Virus record (IMG/VR): IMGVR_UViG_2597490230_000001
Span: 25,917-89,916 of that record
Reading direction: 5' to 3' (one strand)
DNA length: 64,000 nt
From: a virus
Lineage: Duplodnaviria; Heunggongvirae; Uroviricota; Caudoviricetes
The notes below the pieces were generated by a model. That model had not been told where the DNA came from and did not search any database. It saw nothing but the letters and a program-made list of their open reading frames with translations. Positions 17,730 to 27,223 of this stretch are shown piece after piece. Each line of letters begins with the position of its first letter. Position 1 is the first letter of the stretch. The position numbers were made by a program, and so were the translations under genes.

Positions 17730-19631
17730 TTAGTGAGTGTGTAACCAGGAGCCGCCTAACATAGAGTCAGACGCCAATGGACATTCCATATTCAGAGATT
17801 CACCAGCCTTCTTAACACAAGCATCAATATAAGAGCGAAGAGTTGGAACATCTTCCCATTTGCAAGTGAACTGGAATTCATCGTGCATCATGATAACTTG
17901 GTAAGCTTCCAGACCAGATTTTTCAATCCAACCTGTCAGATAGCAATCTGCAATCTTCATTACGATTGAACCAGCAGACTGTAACATTGTGTTCAAAGCT
18001 TTGTGAGTCATTACTTCGCCGCTGAATGGGTCACGACGCATGATGAGCTTACGACCATCAATTGCTGGAACCCAACCATTCTTGCCAGCGAAATCCTGAA
18101 CCCAATCCATAAGAACTGGAATACAAGGACACTCTTTCAAGAATGCTTCACGAGCTTTCTGACCCTCTTCAAGACCACCACCCAACTGAGCACCTAAGTT
18201 TGCGTTACCAGCGCCATACAAGAACGCATAGATAAACGTCTTAGCTTGCTTACGAGTTGGAAGACCTGCAAGTTTCTGGTTGTGTGAGTGGATATCACCA
18301 TTCAACAGAACTTCACGATATTCTAAAGCTGAATCAAGAGCTTTCTGATAATAAGATTCTTTCTTCTTATCACCACTCTCTTTAGCTTCTTCCAGAAGCA
18401 TCTTAGAAACTGCAATCAGATAATGAGTCAACATACGTAACTCAAGACCTGCACCATCCCCACCAACAAACGCATCTTGACCAGCAGGAATCAGGAATGA
18501 ACAGTGACCTGCGTCTTCCCAACGACCTTTGTCAAACTCCTGCATAATGTTGGTAAGCGGTTTACGTCTGAACTTGCCAGATGCTTCCATCTCAGCAGTC
18601 AGCTTACGAACAAGTTTAGCTGTTGAGCCTTTACGTTTGTCACCTTTGAACAAGTGACGACACTCCTCACCGAATGGTGAACCTGCGGCTGGAATGTTAA
18701 CAATAATCTTATGTCGCATACGTGCTGTAGGAGTCGCACATGGGTTAGCTTCACCCGACAACTTCCCATCCACACGCACCTGCTCAATCAGACCTTGAAT
18801 CAACGAACGACGGTGAGCCCAAATCATTCGTTCTTTCAGAAGTTTGAGAGCGAGACCTTCATCCTCACTCACTGATTCAAATGAATCCTCAGTGATTTTC
18901 GGAGAGGTTGGCCAAAACTGTCGCAGTAGTAACTTCTTTTTAATCTGGTCAAAGTTAGGAACCTTGCGGCTTAGGTCGAAGCCAATTGCCGTCAAGATTG
19001 CTCTCATGTAACCTTTTGATTTTCCACGGAGATGGGAATCTACGAAACCCTCAACCGCTTCTAAGAAAGCTACTTTATCTTCTTTGTCACACTGATTGTT
19101 GATGAAGTTCGCAAACGTTGATTTCTCAAGACGTTTACGATACTGCCACACTTGGAATGGAGTTTTCTTCTCATTCCATTCAGTAGGTAACCAACCCATA
19201 TCCAACATGACATCTTTCAGACGAGATGTTTTACCTGGGTCAAATGGAGTATACCAAACCGCTGAAAACGGTCCGGAGACTTCATCAAGAGTCAGTCCAT
19301 GAGTGTCCATGTATTTCTGCACGAACACTTTCGGCTGGCCATTCATCTTGAACGGTGCTTTATATTCAGTACCTTTGTGCTGCATCGGCGGCAACAGAGG
19401 AACCAACTCAAGGTCAATCTTGAGAATCTTTTCAGTGAGAACATGAACATACCAACGAGCTTGACGCTCATCGAAATTACACCCATGCTTCCATTGTTTT
19501 GAGATTAAATCTGCAACCTTCTGTTCAAGAAGGAAAGGTTTTGTCCAGTCCGGTTTGATATCCATATCTACCTCAATCAGTTCACTTGCCGTACACCTGA
19601 ACCCATTTGGCCAGTTTATTGCTGATAGCAA
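17730..19631 (-). CDS. DNA polymerase I family, polymerase (palm/fingers/thumb) subunit; the exonuclease domain is encoded separately at 26294..26800
   Basis: Motif B RKQAKTFIYAFLYGAG and motif C HDE; no 3'-5' exo motifs in this ORF. Confidence 0.8.
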   Translation of the reverse strand: MLSAINWPNGFRCTASELIEVDMDIKPDWTKPFLLEQKVADLISKQWKHGCNFDERQARWYVHVLTEKILKIDLELVPLLPPMQHKGTEYKAPFKMNGQPKVFVQKYMDTHGLTLDEVSGPFSAVWYTPFDPGKTSRLKDVMLDMGWLPTEWNEKKTPFQVWQYRKRLEKSTFANFINNQCDKEDKVAFLEAVEGFVDSHLRGKSKGYMRAILTAIGFDLSRKVPNFDQIKKKLLLRQFWPTSPKITEDSFESVSEDEGLALKLLKERMIWAHRRSLIQGLIEQVRVDGKLSGEANPCATPTARMRHKIIVNIPAAGSPFGEECRHLFKGDKRKGSTAKLVRKLTAEMEASGKFRRKPLTNIMQEFDKGRWEDAGHCSFLIPAGQDAFVGGDGAGLELRMLTHYLIAVSKMLLEEAKESGDKKKESYYQKALDSALEYREVLLNGDIHSHNQKLAGLPTRKQAKTFIYAFLYGAGNANLGAQLGGGLEEGQKAREAFLKECPCIPVLMDWVQDFAGKNGWVPAIDGRKLIMRRDPFSGEVMTHKALNTMLQSAGSIVMKIADCYLTGWIEKSGLEAYQVIMMHDEFQFTCKWEDVPTLRSYIDACVKKAGESLNMECPLASDSMLGGSWLHTH

Positions 19632-19866
19632 TCATTAAGTCGGCTTCGTATTTTCCTTGAAGACCAGAGTCCAATGCGGCCTGGTATCCTGCGTCAGTTA
19701 CTGCAATAATCACATCAGCTACTTCACTGACAATCTCTTCGTAGCCCATACGCTTAAGAACTGCCTGAGCAAGTTCTCCAGTTTCTTCAGCTACCTTGAG
19801 AGTGACACCTATAGTGTCACGCTCTTGTTCAATGCTTCTGGCAGTACAAATGACCTCATCCAGCAT
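19582..19866 (-). CDS. MazG-like nucleoside triphosphate pyrophosphohydrolase
   Basis: EETGELAQAV (EExGE) motif. Confidence 0.6.
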   Translation of the reverse strand: MLDEVICTARSIEQERDTIGVTLKVAEETGELAQAVLKRMGYEEIVSEVADVIIAVTDAGYQAALDSGLQGKYEADLMIAISNKLAKWVQVYGK

Positions 19867-20240
19867 TAGATTAAGTTACCCCATTTAACGAAACGACCAG
19901 TCTTAGTATCACGAACAGATACGTTAGTACGGAAAAGTTCTTTCAACTCTTCTTTCTTAGACATGAGTTTCTGATGTTTATAGATTTCACCAACAGCAAG
20001 TCGAGTAGGCTTGTCATTGGACTCAAACAGGCACACCAAATCGTCGGCCAGTACAGAAGAGTGAGTTTCGTACTCGGCTGCTGATACAAAACGACCGTCG
20101 GTGGTATATTCACGATATGCAATCAGAAGTGCCATAATTTTACTGCTCCATAGTATTAGGGAAATAACGTTGGTAGTTCTTTGCGTGTGCCGTTTCCATT
20201 TTGGCAACACACTGACGACAAAGGGGAAATAACCCATCAT
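19866..20240 (-). CDS. hypothetical protein
   Basis: ORF; true start probably at an internal Met. Confidence 0.4.
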   Translation of the reverse strand: MMGYFPFVVSVLPKWKRHTQRTTNVISLILWSSKIMALLIAYREYTTDGRFVSAAEYETHSSVLADDLVCLFESNDKPTRLAVGEIYKHQKLMSKKEELKELFRTNVSVRDTKTGRFVKWGNLI

Positions 20241-20448
20241 CGCTATTGGAGGACTCTTCGAAGTGGAAGACCCCTCTCAAATTCTGACAGTGAGAGCAAC
20301 GCTTGCATTCACCGTATTGGGACCGAGCCCAGTTATCCATGTCACGACGAACTCTCCCGGCATCCACCTGGGCTAAGAGTAACCGTGCATCCAGATAACG
20401 TTTATTCAGAGACTTCTTCAACGGAGTATTCACGACCATCCTCATCAT
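20140..20448 (-). CDS. hypothetical Zn-finger protein
   Basis: CKRCSHC...CRQC motifs. Confidence 0.45.
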   Translation of the reverse strand: MMRMVVNTPLKKSLNKRYLDARLLLAQVDAGRVRRDMDNWARSQYGECKRCSHCQNLRGVFHFEESSNSDDGLFPLCRQCVAKMETAHAKNYQRYFPNTMEQ

Positions 20449-20866
20449 AATATGTTATATGAGTGTAATCATAAGATGCTTCACCCCAGTAATCCCAATT
20501 GCAAGGCCAGTAATCTCCGAAGACACCATACTCGTTGGTTTCTTCATCGTAACCAAACCACTTATTCCAATCAGGAACATCTTTTGAATTTTTGTAAAGA
20601 TACTCATCACCGCCGCCACGACCATGAGGGTATGCAACCGCCATCTGATTTTTCAGGAAGTCAGCGAATTCAACAGCTTGCTCTTTACTCTTAATCTTGA
20701 TATTTACTGTTTCATAAGCATCAGCGTCACCGAAATATGTATGAATTTCAAAACGATATTCATTCTTCGGGTTTTCTTTAGTTACTTCTTTACCAATTTT
20801 CAGGTCAATTACATTTGCCATATTAGCCTTAGAGATGTTACGATTACGATAAATCGCCATTGCCAT
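20402..20866 (-). CDS. hypothetical protein
   Basis: 154 aa ORF rich in W/Y. Confidence 0.5.
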   Translation of the reverse strand: MAMAIYRNRNISKANMANVIDLKIGKEVTKENPKNEYRFEIHTYFGDADAYETVNIKIKSKEQAVEFADFLKNQMAVAYPHGRGGGDEYLYKNSKDVPDWNKWFGYDEETNEYGVFGDYWPCNWDYWGEASYDYTHITYYDEDGREYSVEEVSE

Positions 20867-20904
20867 TCCTTAGAGACAAGAAAGGCCGCCTTTCGGCAGC
20901 CCTG

Positions 20905-21246
20905 TTAATCGGGACGTTTCACTGGTAAGCGTTTGGACTTAGCGCCCTTCTTCCCACCTTTGGACTTCCCTGCCTTACTACCTGACTTGCCACCAGCAGA
21001 CATATTCTCACTAGCATCACGAAGACGCAAGTTAGAGCTGTGGTTATCGCCACCAGATTTCAGAGTTTTCTTGTGGTCAACATGAGTTGAAGTAGGCAAC
21101 TTCTTGCCCATCTCATTTTGAACCTTTCTACGAGCCTTATGACGCATTGCATCACCAGACTTCGCACCTACGCCTGTTTCACCACGTTTAATGGCTGTCA
21201 GACGTTCTTGCTTATAATTACGAACGTATCCAGGACTAGACGGCAT
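20905..21246 (-). CDS. highly basic hypothetical protein (possible DNA-binding)
   Basis: 113 aa, Lys/Arg/Gly-rich. Confidence 0.45.
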   Translation of the reverse strand: MPSSPGYVRNYKQERLTAIKRGETGVGAKSGDAMRHKARRKVQNEMGKKLPTSTHVDHKKTLKSGGDNHSSNLRLRDASENMSAGGKSGSKAGKSKGGKKGAKSKRLPVKRPD

Positions 21247-21435
21247 TGTAAACCTCCGTGTTATTCACTGCACGAACGGTCAACGCCACGTTCACTTTGT
21301 TGCTCTCGTTTCATCCAAACCTGACCTAGCTCTTGATAAGCTCGACCGGACTTTTCATCACCAGCAGCATAAGCGTCGTCACGCATTTTAAAACACCATT
21401 CAGTAGCAGTCATTTGTACACCTTCCATGTTATTA

Positions 21436-21603
21436 ATTCTCCCAATAATCGTCTACATCAGATTCATCGAATCTTTCCCCGGGGACTGTTTCTTTACAGC
21501 GGGGGCATTCATAATAGTGGGAATAATCATCCGTACTTACTTGTTTCATTGGAATAAAGCACCAGTCACATTCCACTGACCGGCGTGTGACTCGACGATA
21601 CAT
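21436..21603 (-). CDS. small Zn-ribbon protein (56 aa; not in the ORF track)
   Basis: CDWC...CPRC; start is coupled to the macro-domain gene stop via TAATG. Confidence 0.35.
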
Positions 21604-22103
21604 TATACCGAATACTCCACATAAGTTACATCAAACATTGGATAACCAATTCTTTCATTGTCGAAGATTTCTTCGATATGTTTTGAGATTCGTTCCCAAT
21701 TACCACCACCCAAACCACAACCGATTTTTGGGAAACCGATACGATAGGTTTGGAAGTCAACAGCATTAGCCTTAAGTTCATTGGCCATCATGTTGAGTGC
21801 ATGAACTAAAGCCTCTTCATCAGTACCATAATTACCCTGGGTTTTATCCCAACCGTACTGACCATAGAGGTTGAAAACCAAAAGACCACTTTTCTCTTTA
21901 CCTACAGAGAAATTACCAAGCTTAGCTTTGTCACCACGATTGGTATCGGCATCTGCACGGAAAGCAGAGTAAAAGTTGTCAGCAATCTGAGGGGCAATGC
22001 CACTTCTCATTGTACAGAAGCAGTTAGCCTGATGTGCAATCACATCAAACTGACCTTCTTTAGCCAGTTGAATCAAGTTGCCCCGAATTGTCTTCAGGCT
22101 CAT
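21603..22103 (-). CDS. macro-domain (ADP-ribose binding/processing) protein
   Basis: VIAHQANCFCTMRSGIA and GFPKIGCGLGGG macro motifs. Confidence 0.8.
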   Translation of the reverse strand: MSLKTIRGNLIQLAKEGQFDVIAHQANCFCTMRSGIAPQIADNFYSAFRADADTNRGDKAKLGNFSVGKEKSGLLVFNLYGQYGWDKTQGNYGTDEEALVHALNMMANELKANAVDFQTYRIGFPKIGCGLGGGNWERISKHIEEIFDNERIGYPMFDVTYVEYSV

Positions 22104-22165
22104 TAACTACCTCCCAAGATTGGGTTTCTTCGTTAAAGTTGATAAGGACGGGTTTCCCCGTCACT

Positions 22166-22465
22166 TTACTGATTACCCGCAGCATTTTGTAAATCCTGAG
22201 TTACCAGTTTTGTTACACGACGAGTGATATAAGCCCTCGCCACCTTAGGGTTAAGTTCCATCAGCAGGTCTTCAACTTCCTCATCAATCTCGTGAGGTGT
22301 CACAACCAGTTGGTGCAGATACTTACCCTGGACAATCATTGCAATCTGCAACGCTTGGTCGAAAGACGACATTTCGACCGCCTCTTGGGCGGCCATGATT
22401 GATTGGATAATCTGATTAACATCGAAGTCAATCAAACCACCCTGACGTGCCATAAACTTTACCAC
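22166..22465 (-). CDS. hypothetical protein
   Basis: 99 aa ORF. Confidence 0.45.
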   Translation of the reverse strand: MVKFMARQGGLIDFDVNQIIQSIMAAQEAVEMSSFDQALQIAMIVQGKYLHQLVVTPHEIDEEVEDLLMELNPKVARAYITRRVTKLVTQDLQNAAGNQ

Positions 22466-22473
22466 AACTTACC

Positions 22474-22914
22474 TCACTGAGAAGAGCGCAGGAAATATGC
22501 TTGTTTTTCCAAATCAGCACACAGGTCCTGGAGGATGTTCTGAGTGACCGGATTATCGGCATCCCGAATCATAGAGTAGAGATGAGTAGCAACAGTCTCA
22601 AGAGTAGAAACCATACCACCCACCATGTCGTCTCGGTCAATTTCATGGTCGCCTTCACTAAACCACATACTCTCAAGATAGAGAGCTGCACGAGCATCAA
22701 CGGGCTCTTGTAAAGCTCGCATACGCTCTGCGATGGTGTCAATCCAGTCTTCAACTAAATCAGCGAGTCCATCAAAGGTGTGATGGTCGCCATAGAAACT
22801 TTCACCTGTAACATTCCAGTGATAGTTTTTAGCCTTAATCTGCAACAGTGTCAGGTTACCAACAAGTACCTGGAGTGATTCTGGTGCAGGGCGTTTTGGA
22901 CGTGCTCCTAACAT
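22474..22914 (-). CDS. dps: Dps-family ferritin-like DNA-protection protein
   Basis: KNYHWNVTG...F...HH pattern matching Dps ferroxidase-site residues. Confidence 0.75.
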   Translation of the reverse strand: MLGARPKRPAPESLQVLVGNLTLLQIKAKNYHWNVTGESFYGDHHTFDGLADLVEDWIDTIAERMRALQEPVDARAALYLESMWFSEGDHEIDRDDMVGGMVSTLETVATHLYSMIRDADNPVTQNILQDLCADLEKQAYFLRSSQ

Positions 22915-23579
22915 TATTCAGTATCCTTAATAGTAGCTTTCAGGGATTCCCAAGCAATTGGGAAGAGTTTGGACAATTCTTTGTCAATCTCTTGAGCAAA
23001 GAGTCTTACCTCATACTGAGCATGTGTGCTTGAACGCTGACGATAAACTTCAAACCAACCGTACAGTGAACCAGTCCATACCCACTCGGTAATCATGCCT
23101 TGTGGCAGTACGAATCTCGCTTGTTCAGGTGTGACACCCATTTCAAGCAGTCGTTCATAATTGGCTACAGCATCTTCACACATACGCTCAAAAACAACAT
23201 GAGCCATAGTTCCATCAACAGAAGACTTATCAAAAGCTTCACCGGAACCATCATGAAGATTATCTGGTCGCTTGAACAACACATCAGGTTTAAACACTTC
23301 AACTCCACCATCTTTGTATCGACGGCTAAGTTCATTCCAGCTAAAACCAACTTGGTGCTTGCCTAACTGACGGGCAATAGCAATAGGTGCTTTACAGCGG
23401 AAGGTAATAGTAGCATGACGGAAGGGTGTAACATGACGCTCACGAGCAAGGAACTTAACCAGACGAACATCTCGTTCATTCATCTCACCTTCACGAACTA
23501 CACCGTATGAAACTCGTGCTGCATTAACAACAGAAGTATCATTACCCATTACATCAACAAGTTTAGCTTCAATAGTCAT
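22914..23579 (-). CDS. thyX: flavin-dependent thymidylate synthase
   Basis: ThyX-like RH...S...R signature (FRHATITF ... ELSRRY) and size. Confidence 0.75.
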   Translation of the reverse strand: MTIEAKLVDVMGNDTSVVNAARVSYGVVREGEMNERDVRLVKFLARERHVTPFRHATITFRCKAPIAIARQLGKHQVGFSWNELSRRYKDGGVEVFKPDVLFKRPDNLHDGSGEAFDKSSVDGTMAHVVFERMCEDAVANYERLLEMGVTPEQARFVLPQGMITEWVWTGSLYGWFEVYRQRSSTHAQYEVRLFAQEIDKELSKLFPIAWESLKATIKDTE

Positions 23580-23597
23580 CCATGACTCCCAAATTAA

Positions 23598-23837
23598 TTA
23601 TTCTTCCAAATCCCACTCATAGTCACTGAATCCACCTGGAGGATAGAACCCTTCTGGAACATCAATGATATCCATACTATCATTAAGACCAAAAGTTTCA
23701 CAGTGAGTATCACAATCTTGTAACTGACTAGCATAGATTAAATCTTTGAAATAATGAATGCTTGCCGAACCGTCACCACCATTAGCTATTAATAAACCAA
23801 CTTTCATTGTGAGTATTCCAAGGAACAGGATTGACAA
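23598..23837 (-). CDS. hypothetical protein
   Basis: 79 aa ORF. Confidence 0.4.
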   Translation of the reverse strand: MSILFLGILTMKVGLLIANGGDGSASIHYFKDLIYASQLQDCDTHCETFGLNDSMDIIDVPEGFYPPGGFSDYEWDLEE

Positions 23838-23977
23838 TCACGACACTTCCACTCTTTTACAGTGATAGTGACGTACTCTTTATTCTTACCACGCTTGGGA
23901 GAGCCCTTCTTGAGCTCTCTCATTGTGTAAGTTCGAGATGCCATATGAGTGCTATCACACTTGAAGCATTTCATAAA

Positions 23978-24211
23978 TCACCAATACAACATGCCGATTG
24001 CATCATCCCTTTCATCCCAATCGTCATAATCACGAGAGGAATTGTATCCAAATACTCGGAAGTGGTCTGGACAACTGGGCCGTTTTGGGAACTTCTTAAC
24101 TTGGGAACTTGAGAACAAAGCAACTCCGTCGGAAGAACGAGCCGAAGCTCGCTCACCCTTCTTCACCATCTTGCCCTTCTTGTTCCAATCCTTCAAGGAA
24201 CGATAGACCAT
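23978..24211 (-). CDS. hypothetical protein
   Basis: 77 aa ORF. Confidence 0.4.
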   Translation of the reverse strand: MVYRSLKDWNKKGKMVKKGERASARSSDGVALFSSSQVKKFPKRPSCPDHFRVFGYNSSRDYDDWDERDDAIGMLYW

Positions 24212-24212
24212 A

Positions 24213-24479
24213 TTAGCGACTCTCTTCTAAATCCATGTTAGCACCCACATTACCTTCAAGGTTGGCATTCACTTGCTGAGTGATTACCACAAGGTTTTTA
24301 GGGTAGGAGAGGGTTGTTTTACCACTGGACAGAACATGGATACGAACTTTCTGTTTGGTTACACCAACAACTCGTGCAACCATAATAGGTTGGTTGTATT
24401 TACCGTTCGACCAGATAACAATATCATCACCGCGAATTACACGGTTCAGTTTATCACGATGGTTATAATCAAGAAGCAT
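24213..24479 (-). CDS. hypothetical protein
   Basis: 88 aa ORF. Confidence 0.45.
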   Translation of the reverse strand: MLLDYNHRDKLNRVIRGDDIVIWSNGKYNQPIMVARVVGVTKQKVRIHVLSSGKTTLSYPKNLVVITQQVNANLEGNVGANMDLEESR

Positions 24480-24765
24480 TTTCCGCCTTCCGTGCCGCTG
24501 AGAGAATGAAATTCCGCAGCATGTCTTCAGACTGCATACCTGTCTTCATGTCCAGAGGAGCAGAATCCTCAAACACAACGATAGTAGGAATGCCACGGAT
24601 GCCAAAAGTACGAGCTTCGTCTCGATAGGTATCTTCATCAATACTCCGTGATTCAAATACGAAACCCTCTTCTTCAAGTTCTTTTTGAACTTTATCGAAG
24701 ATTGGAGCGATGGCCTTACATGGTGCGCAGGTGCTACCGAAATACTTAATTACCTTAAACGTCAT
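24469..24765 (-). CDS. thioredoxin
   Basis: STCAPCK (CxxC) active site in a thioredoxin-size ORF. Confidence 0.8.
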   Translation of the reverse strand: MTFKVIKYFGSTCAPCKAIAPIFDKVQKELEEEGFVFESRSIDEDTYRDEARTFGIRGIPTIVVFEDSAPLDMKTGMQSEDMLRNFILSAARKAENAS

Positions 24766-25508
24766 TACTTATCCTTTCTCTCGTTGTCATGTTCCATAGC
24801 CTTAACAACTGCTTTACAGAAGCCGCTTCGAACGATATCGTCTGAAGAACCTTCCACTACTGCTGCGAAACTGTCGAGATTATGGCGGTCAATGAAATCG
24901 ACTGACCATTCAAGGCCATTCTGCCCACTCATGTCATGCTGTTCGGAGTCACCTAAGCAGAAGAGCTTAGATGTTTCACCCAGACGAGTCATGATTGAAT
25001 AGGCTTCATCAGGTTTGGTGTTTTGTAATTCGTCAACGATGATGATTGCATCATTGAATGAACGGCCACGCAGATATTCCAGCGGGACGAATTCAATATT
25101 GCCATTACCGAGCTGACATTCATAGAAACCATGACCATAACGCTCTTTGATTACATCAATCAGAGGCATCAGGTATGGCTCGAACTTCTCACGCATTGTA
25201 CCTGGCAGAAGGCCAAGAGAGCGACCCATGCCAACTGAAGGTCGGCTAAGGATAATCTTCTTGACTTTATTCTTTTTAAGCCAGTCAATAGCGGTTGACA
25301 TGATAATAAATGTTTTACCACATCCAGCCGGAGCGTCTACGAAAACTACTTGCGACTCATGAATTTCAGCCTGTAATTCAGCCTGGAACTCATTGAGGGG
25401 ATGCACAGGTTTCGCAACTCTTACTTCTTCACTCTCACGACGAGCATGACGAGTGCTTTCTTTCAGAGCTTCACGACGCTGTTCTTTACGACTTTGACGA
25501 CGATTCAT
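24765..25508 (-). CDS. phoH: PhoH-like ATPase
   Basis: Walker A GCGKTF and PhoH family architecture. Confidence 0.8.
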   Translation of the reverse strand: MNRRQSRKEQRREALKESTRHARRESEEVRVAKPVHPLNEFQAELQAEIHESQVVFVDAPAGCGKTFIIMSTAIDWLKKNKVKKIILSRPSVGMGRSLGLLPGTMREKFEPYLMPLIDVIKERYGHGFYECQLGNGNIEFVPLEYLRGRSFNDAIIIVDELQNTKPDEAYSIMTRLGETSKLFCLGDSEQHDMSGQNGLEWSVDFIDRHNLDSFAAVVEGSSDDIVRSGFCKAVVKAMEHDNERKDK

Positions 25509-25520
25509 TCAACACCTCAC

Positions 25521-26108
25521 TTATTCCGTGTGACCTTCACCAGCGTAAGCCTTTGTTGCACCACGCTGCTTATTGTAATTACCTTTCACAGCGTATGAAT
25601 CCTCACCCACTGTTTCGTGCTGGAAGAACACCATTTGACCGATACGCATACCTGGTTTAATTAACAGGCGATGGTACTCGTTCATGTTTTTGAACTCAAG
25701 TGTAAGCTGAGCGCCATGCCAACCGGCGTCAGCCCACCCGGCTTGCATATGTTCAAGAAAACACCGTGCGACTGTAGAACGTTCAATAAACTGCCCGGAG
25801 ATGGTGTCAGGTAAATTAAAAGTTTCGACGGTGTGTGCAAGGAAGCATTGGCCTGGTTCAATTACAATACCCTCTTCTGGAATGGTTACCTTATGGAAGG
25901 TTGGTGACTGCTTAGCAGATATGTCCACTGGTTCCTCATGGACGGCATGGAATAAACCAATACCTGGGGCACGACCGTCAGCCGGTGCTTCTATGAGGAT
26001 TTCATTACCAATACGAACATCGATGGATGCAGAGTTCACATTCTCATGCAGTGCATCAATTACACCATCTTCAATCAGTTGGTGCAGTTGAGGAGCAGAT
26101 AACAGCAT
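25521..26108 (-). CDS. dcd: dCTP deaminase (Dcd family)
   Basis: Similarity to E. coli Dcd N-terminus (IDVRIGN) and the GW.D.GW.G...L.PGMRIGQ block; start set to an internal Met. Confidence 0.75.
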   Translation of the reverse strand: MLLSAPQLHQLIEDGVIDALHENVNSASIDVRIGNEILIEAPADGRAPGIGLFHAVHEEPVDISAKQSPTFHKVTIPEEGIVIEPGQCFLAHTVETFNLPDTISGQFIERSTVARCFLEHMQAGWADAGWHGAQLTLEFKNMNEYHRLLIKPGMRIGQMVFFQHETVGEDSYAVKGNYNKQRGATKAYAGEGHTE

Positions 26109-26293
26109 TAGACCTTCCTTAGTCTTCTGACTCTTCCGAGTCGTAGAAAGAATACGGGTCAGAGCAGACAATTGTGTCTGATAACTCGTCATAGCTAAAC
26201 ATAATTCCGTTTACTTCAAATAGTGAATCCATGCTAATTCCTTTAGCAAGGCCACCCTTATAGTAGTGGCCTTTGAGGGGTATCCTTACACCG

Positions 26294-26800
26294 TTATTTG
26301 TAAAATTCGATTAAGCTCGATGGCGGATTGAACGGGTCAAAACCAGCCTTTTCACAAAGGTGCAAATACAGTGCGACTGTTACGTTAACGTCCTGCTCAC
26401 AGTAGTTAAACATGTCCTCGCTGAAAACGTCCCAAACATCTTCACCTTCGCCATAAGTTCCTTTTAAGATGCCAAGTGCAACACCCCAAGACTTAAGGCT
26501 ATGACCGCCTTGACGGTCAGGCTCCAACATACGACTCAGCACAAGCGTATCAAAGACACGCTTAATACGAAATTCGTTCGGGAACAATTTTGCAAGCACT
26601 GGAAAATCGTAATCAATCACGTTGTGGCCAATCACAATATCGTATCCGGCTAAATCCTCCAGATACTCTTTCCATTGCTCAGGACGATACCCTTTACGGA
26701 TACCAGTGGTCGGCTCAATAATCCAAGCACAATGCCACTTGTCTACATCCAGATACAGGTTATTCGTTTCAATATCGGTACAAGCAATTCTTAATGCCAT
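26294..26800 (-). CDS. DNA polymerase I family 3'-5' exonuclease (proofreading) subunit, encoded apart from the polymerase domain
   Basis: Exo I DIET, Exo II HNVIDYD and Exo III YCEQD motifs in a 168 aa ORF ending at a stop. Confidence 0.8.
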   Translation of the reverse strand: MALRIACTDIETNNLYLDVDKWHCAWIIEPTTGIRKGYRPEQWKEYLEDLAGYDIVIGHNVIDYDFPVLAKLFPNEFRIKRVFDTLVLSRMLEPDRQGGHSLKSWGVALGILKGTYGEGEDVWDVFSEDMFNYCEQDVNVTVALYLHLCEKAGFDPFNPPSSLIEFYK

Positions 26801-26809
26801 GTCCTATCC

Positions 26810-27223
26810 TTAGGAATTCTCTAAATACTCCACAGCTTTTCTCAATATCTCAATGCTATCCTTGAATTGTCCTAAACCAGCGTTACAAGTTCGACAGAGT
26901 ATGCCTCGGACTTTCAATGTTCCGTGACAGTGGTCGAGAACGCCAGCACCATCCAATTCATTTTTACAGATTTTGCATTTACCTTCTTGAGATTCTAACA
27001 GAGAATTAAACTCTTCTAAGGAGATACCATATCGAGTTTTAAGTCTCTTGTTCTTCAAGTATTCATCTTGATGGGCGTAAAGCCTTTTATGTCTTTCTGC
27101 CGAAGCAGCTCTATCACAACTTTTACATTGTGATTGATATCTGCCTCGACTTTTGACAAAGTAAAATTCACCTAAACCCTTCTCAGACCCACACTTGGTG
27201 CAAATCTTAGAATGGTCGGCTAT
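26810..27223 (-). CDS. HNH homing-type endonuclease
   Basis: Cys-rich HNH motif CKICKNELDGAGVLDHCHGTLKVRGILCRTCN. Confidence 0.75.
   Translation of the reverse strand: MADHSKICTKCGSEKGLGEFYFVKSRGRYQSQCKSCDRAASAERHKRLYAHQDEYLKNKRLKTRYGISLEEFNSLLESQEGKCKICKNELDGAGVLDHCHGTLKVRGILCRTCNAGLGQFKDSIEILRKAVEYLENS

Noticed and set aside
17730-26800. Group I intron or intein explanation for the split DNA polymerase
   Set aside because: The 6.5 kb between the two halves carries nine conventional same-strand genes with their own RBSs (dcd, phoH, trx, thyX, dps, macro and others), which is incompatible with a single intron or intein.
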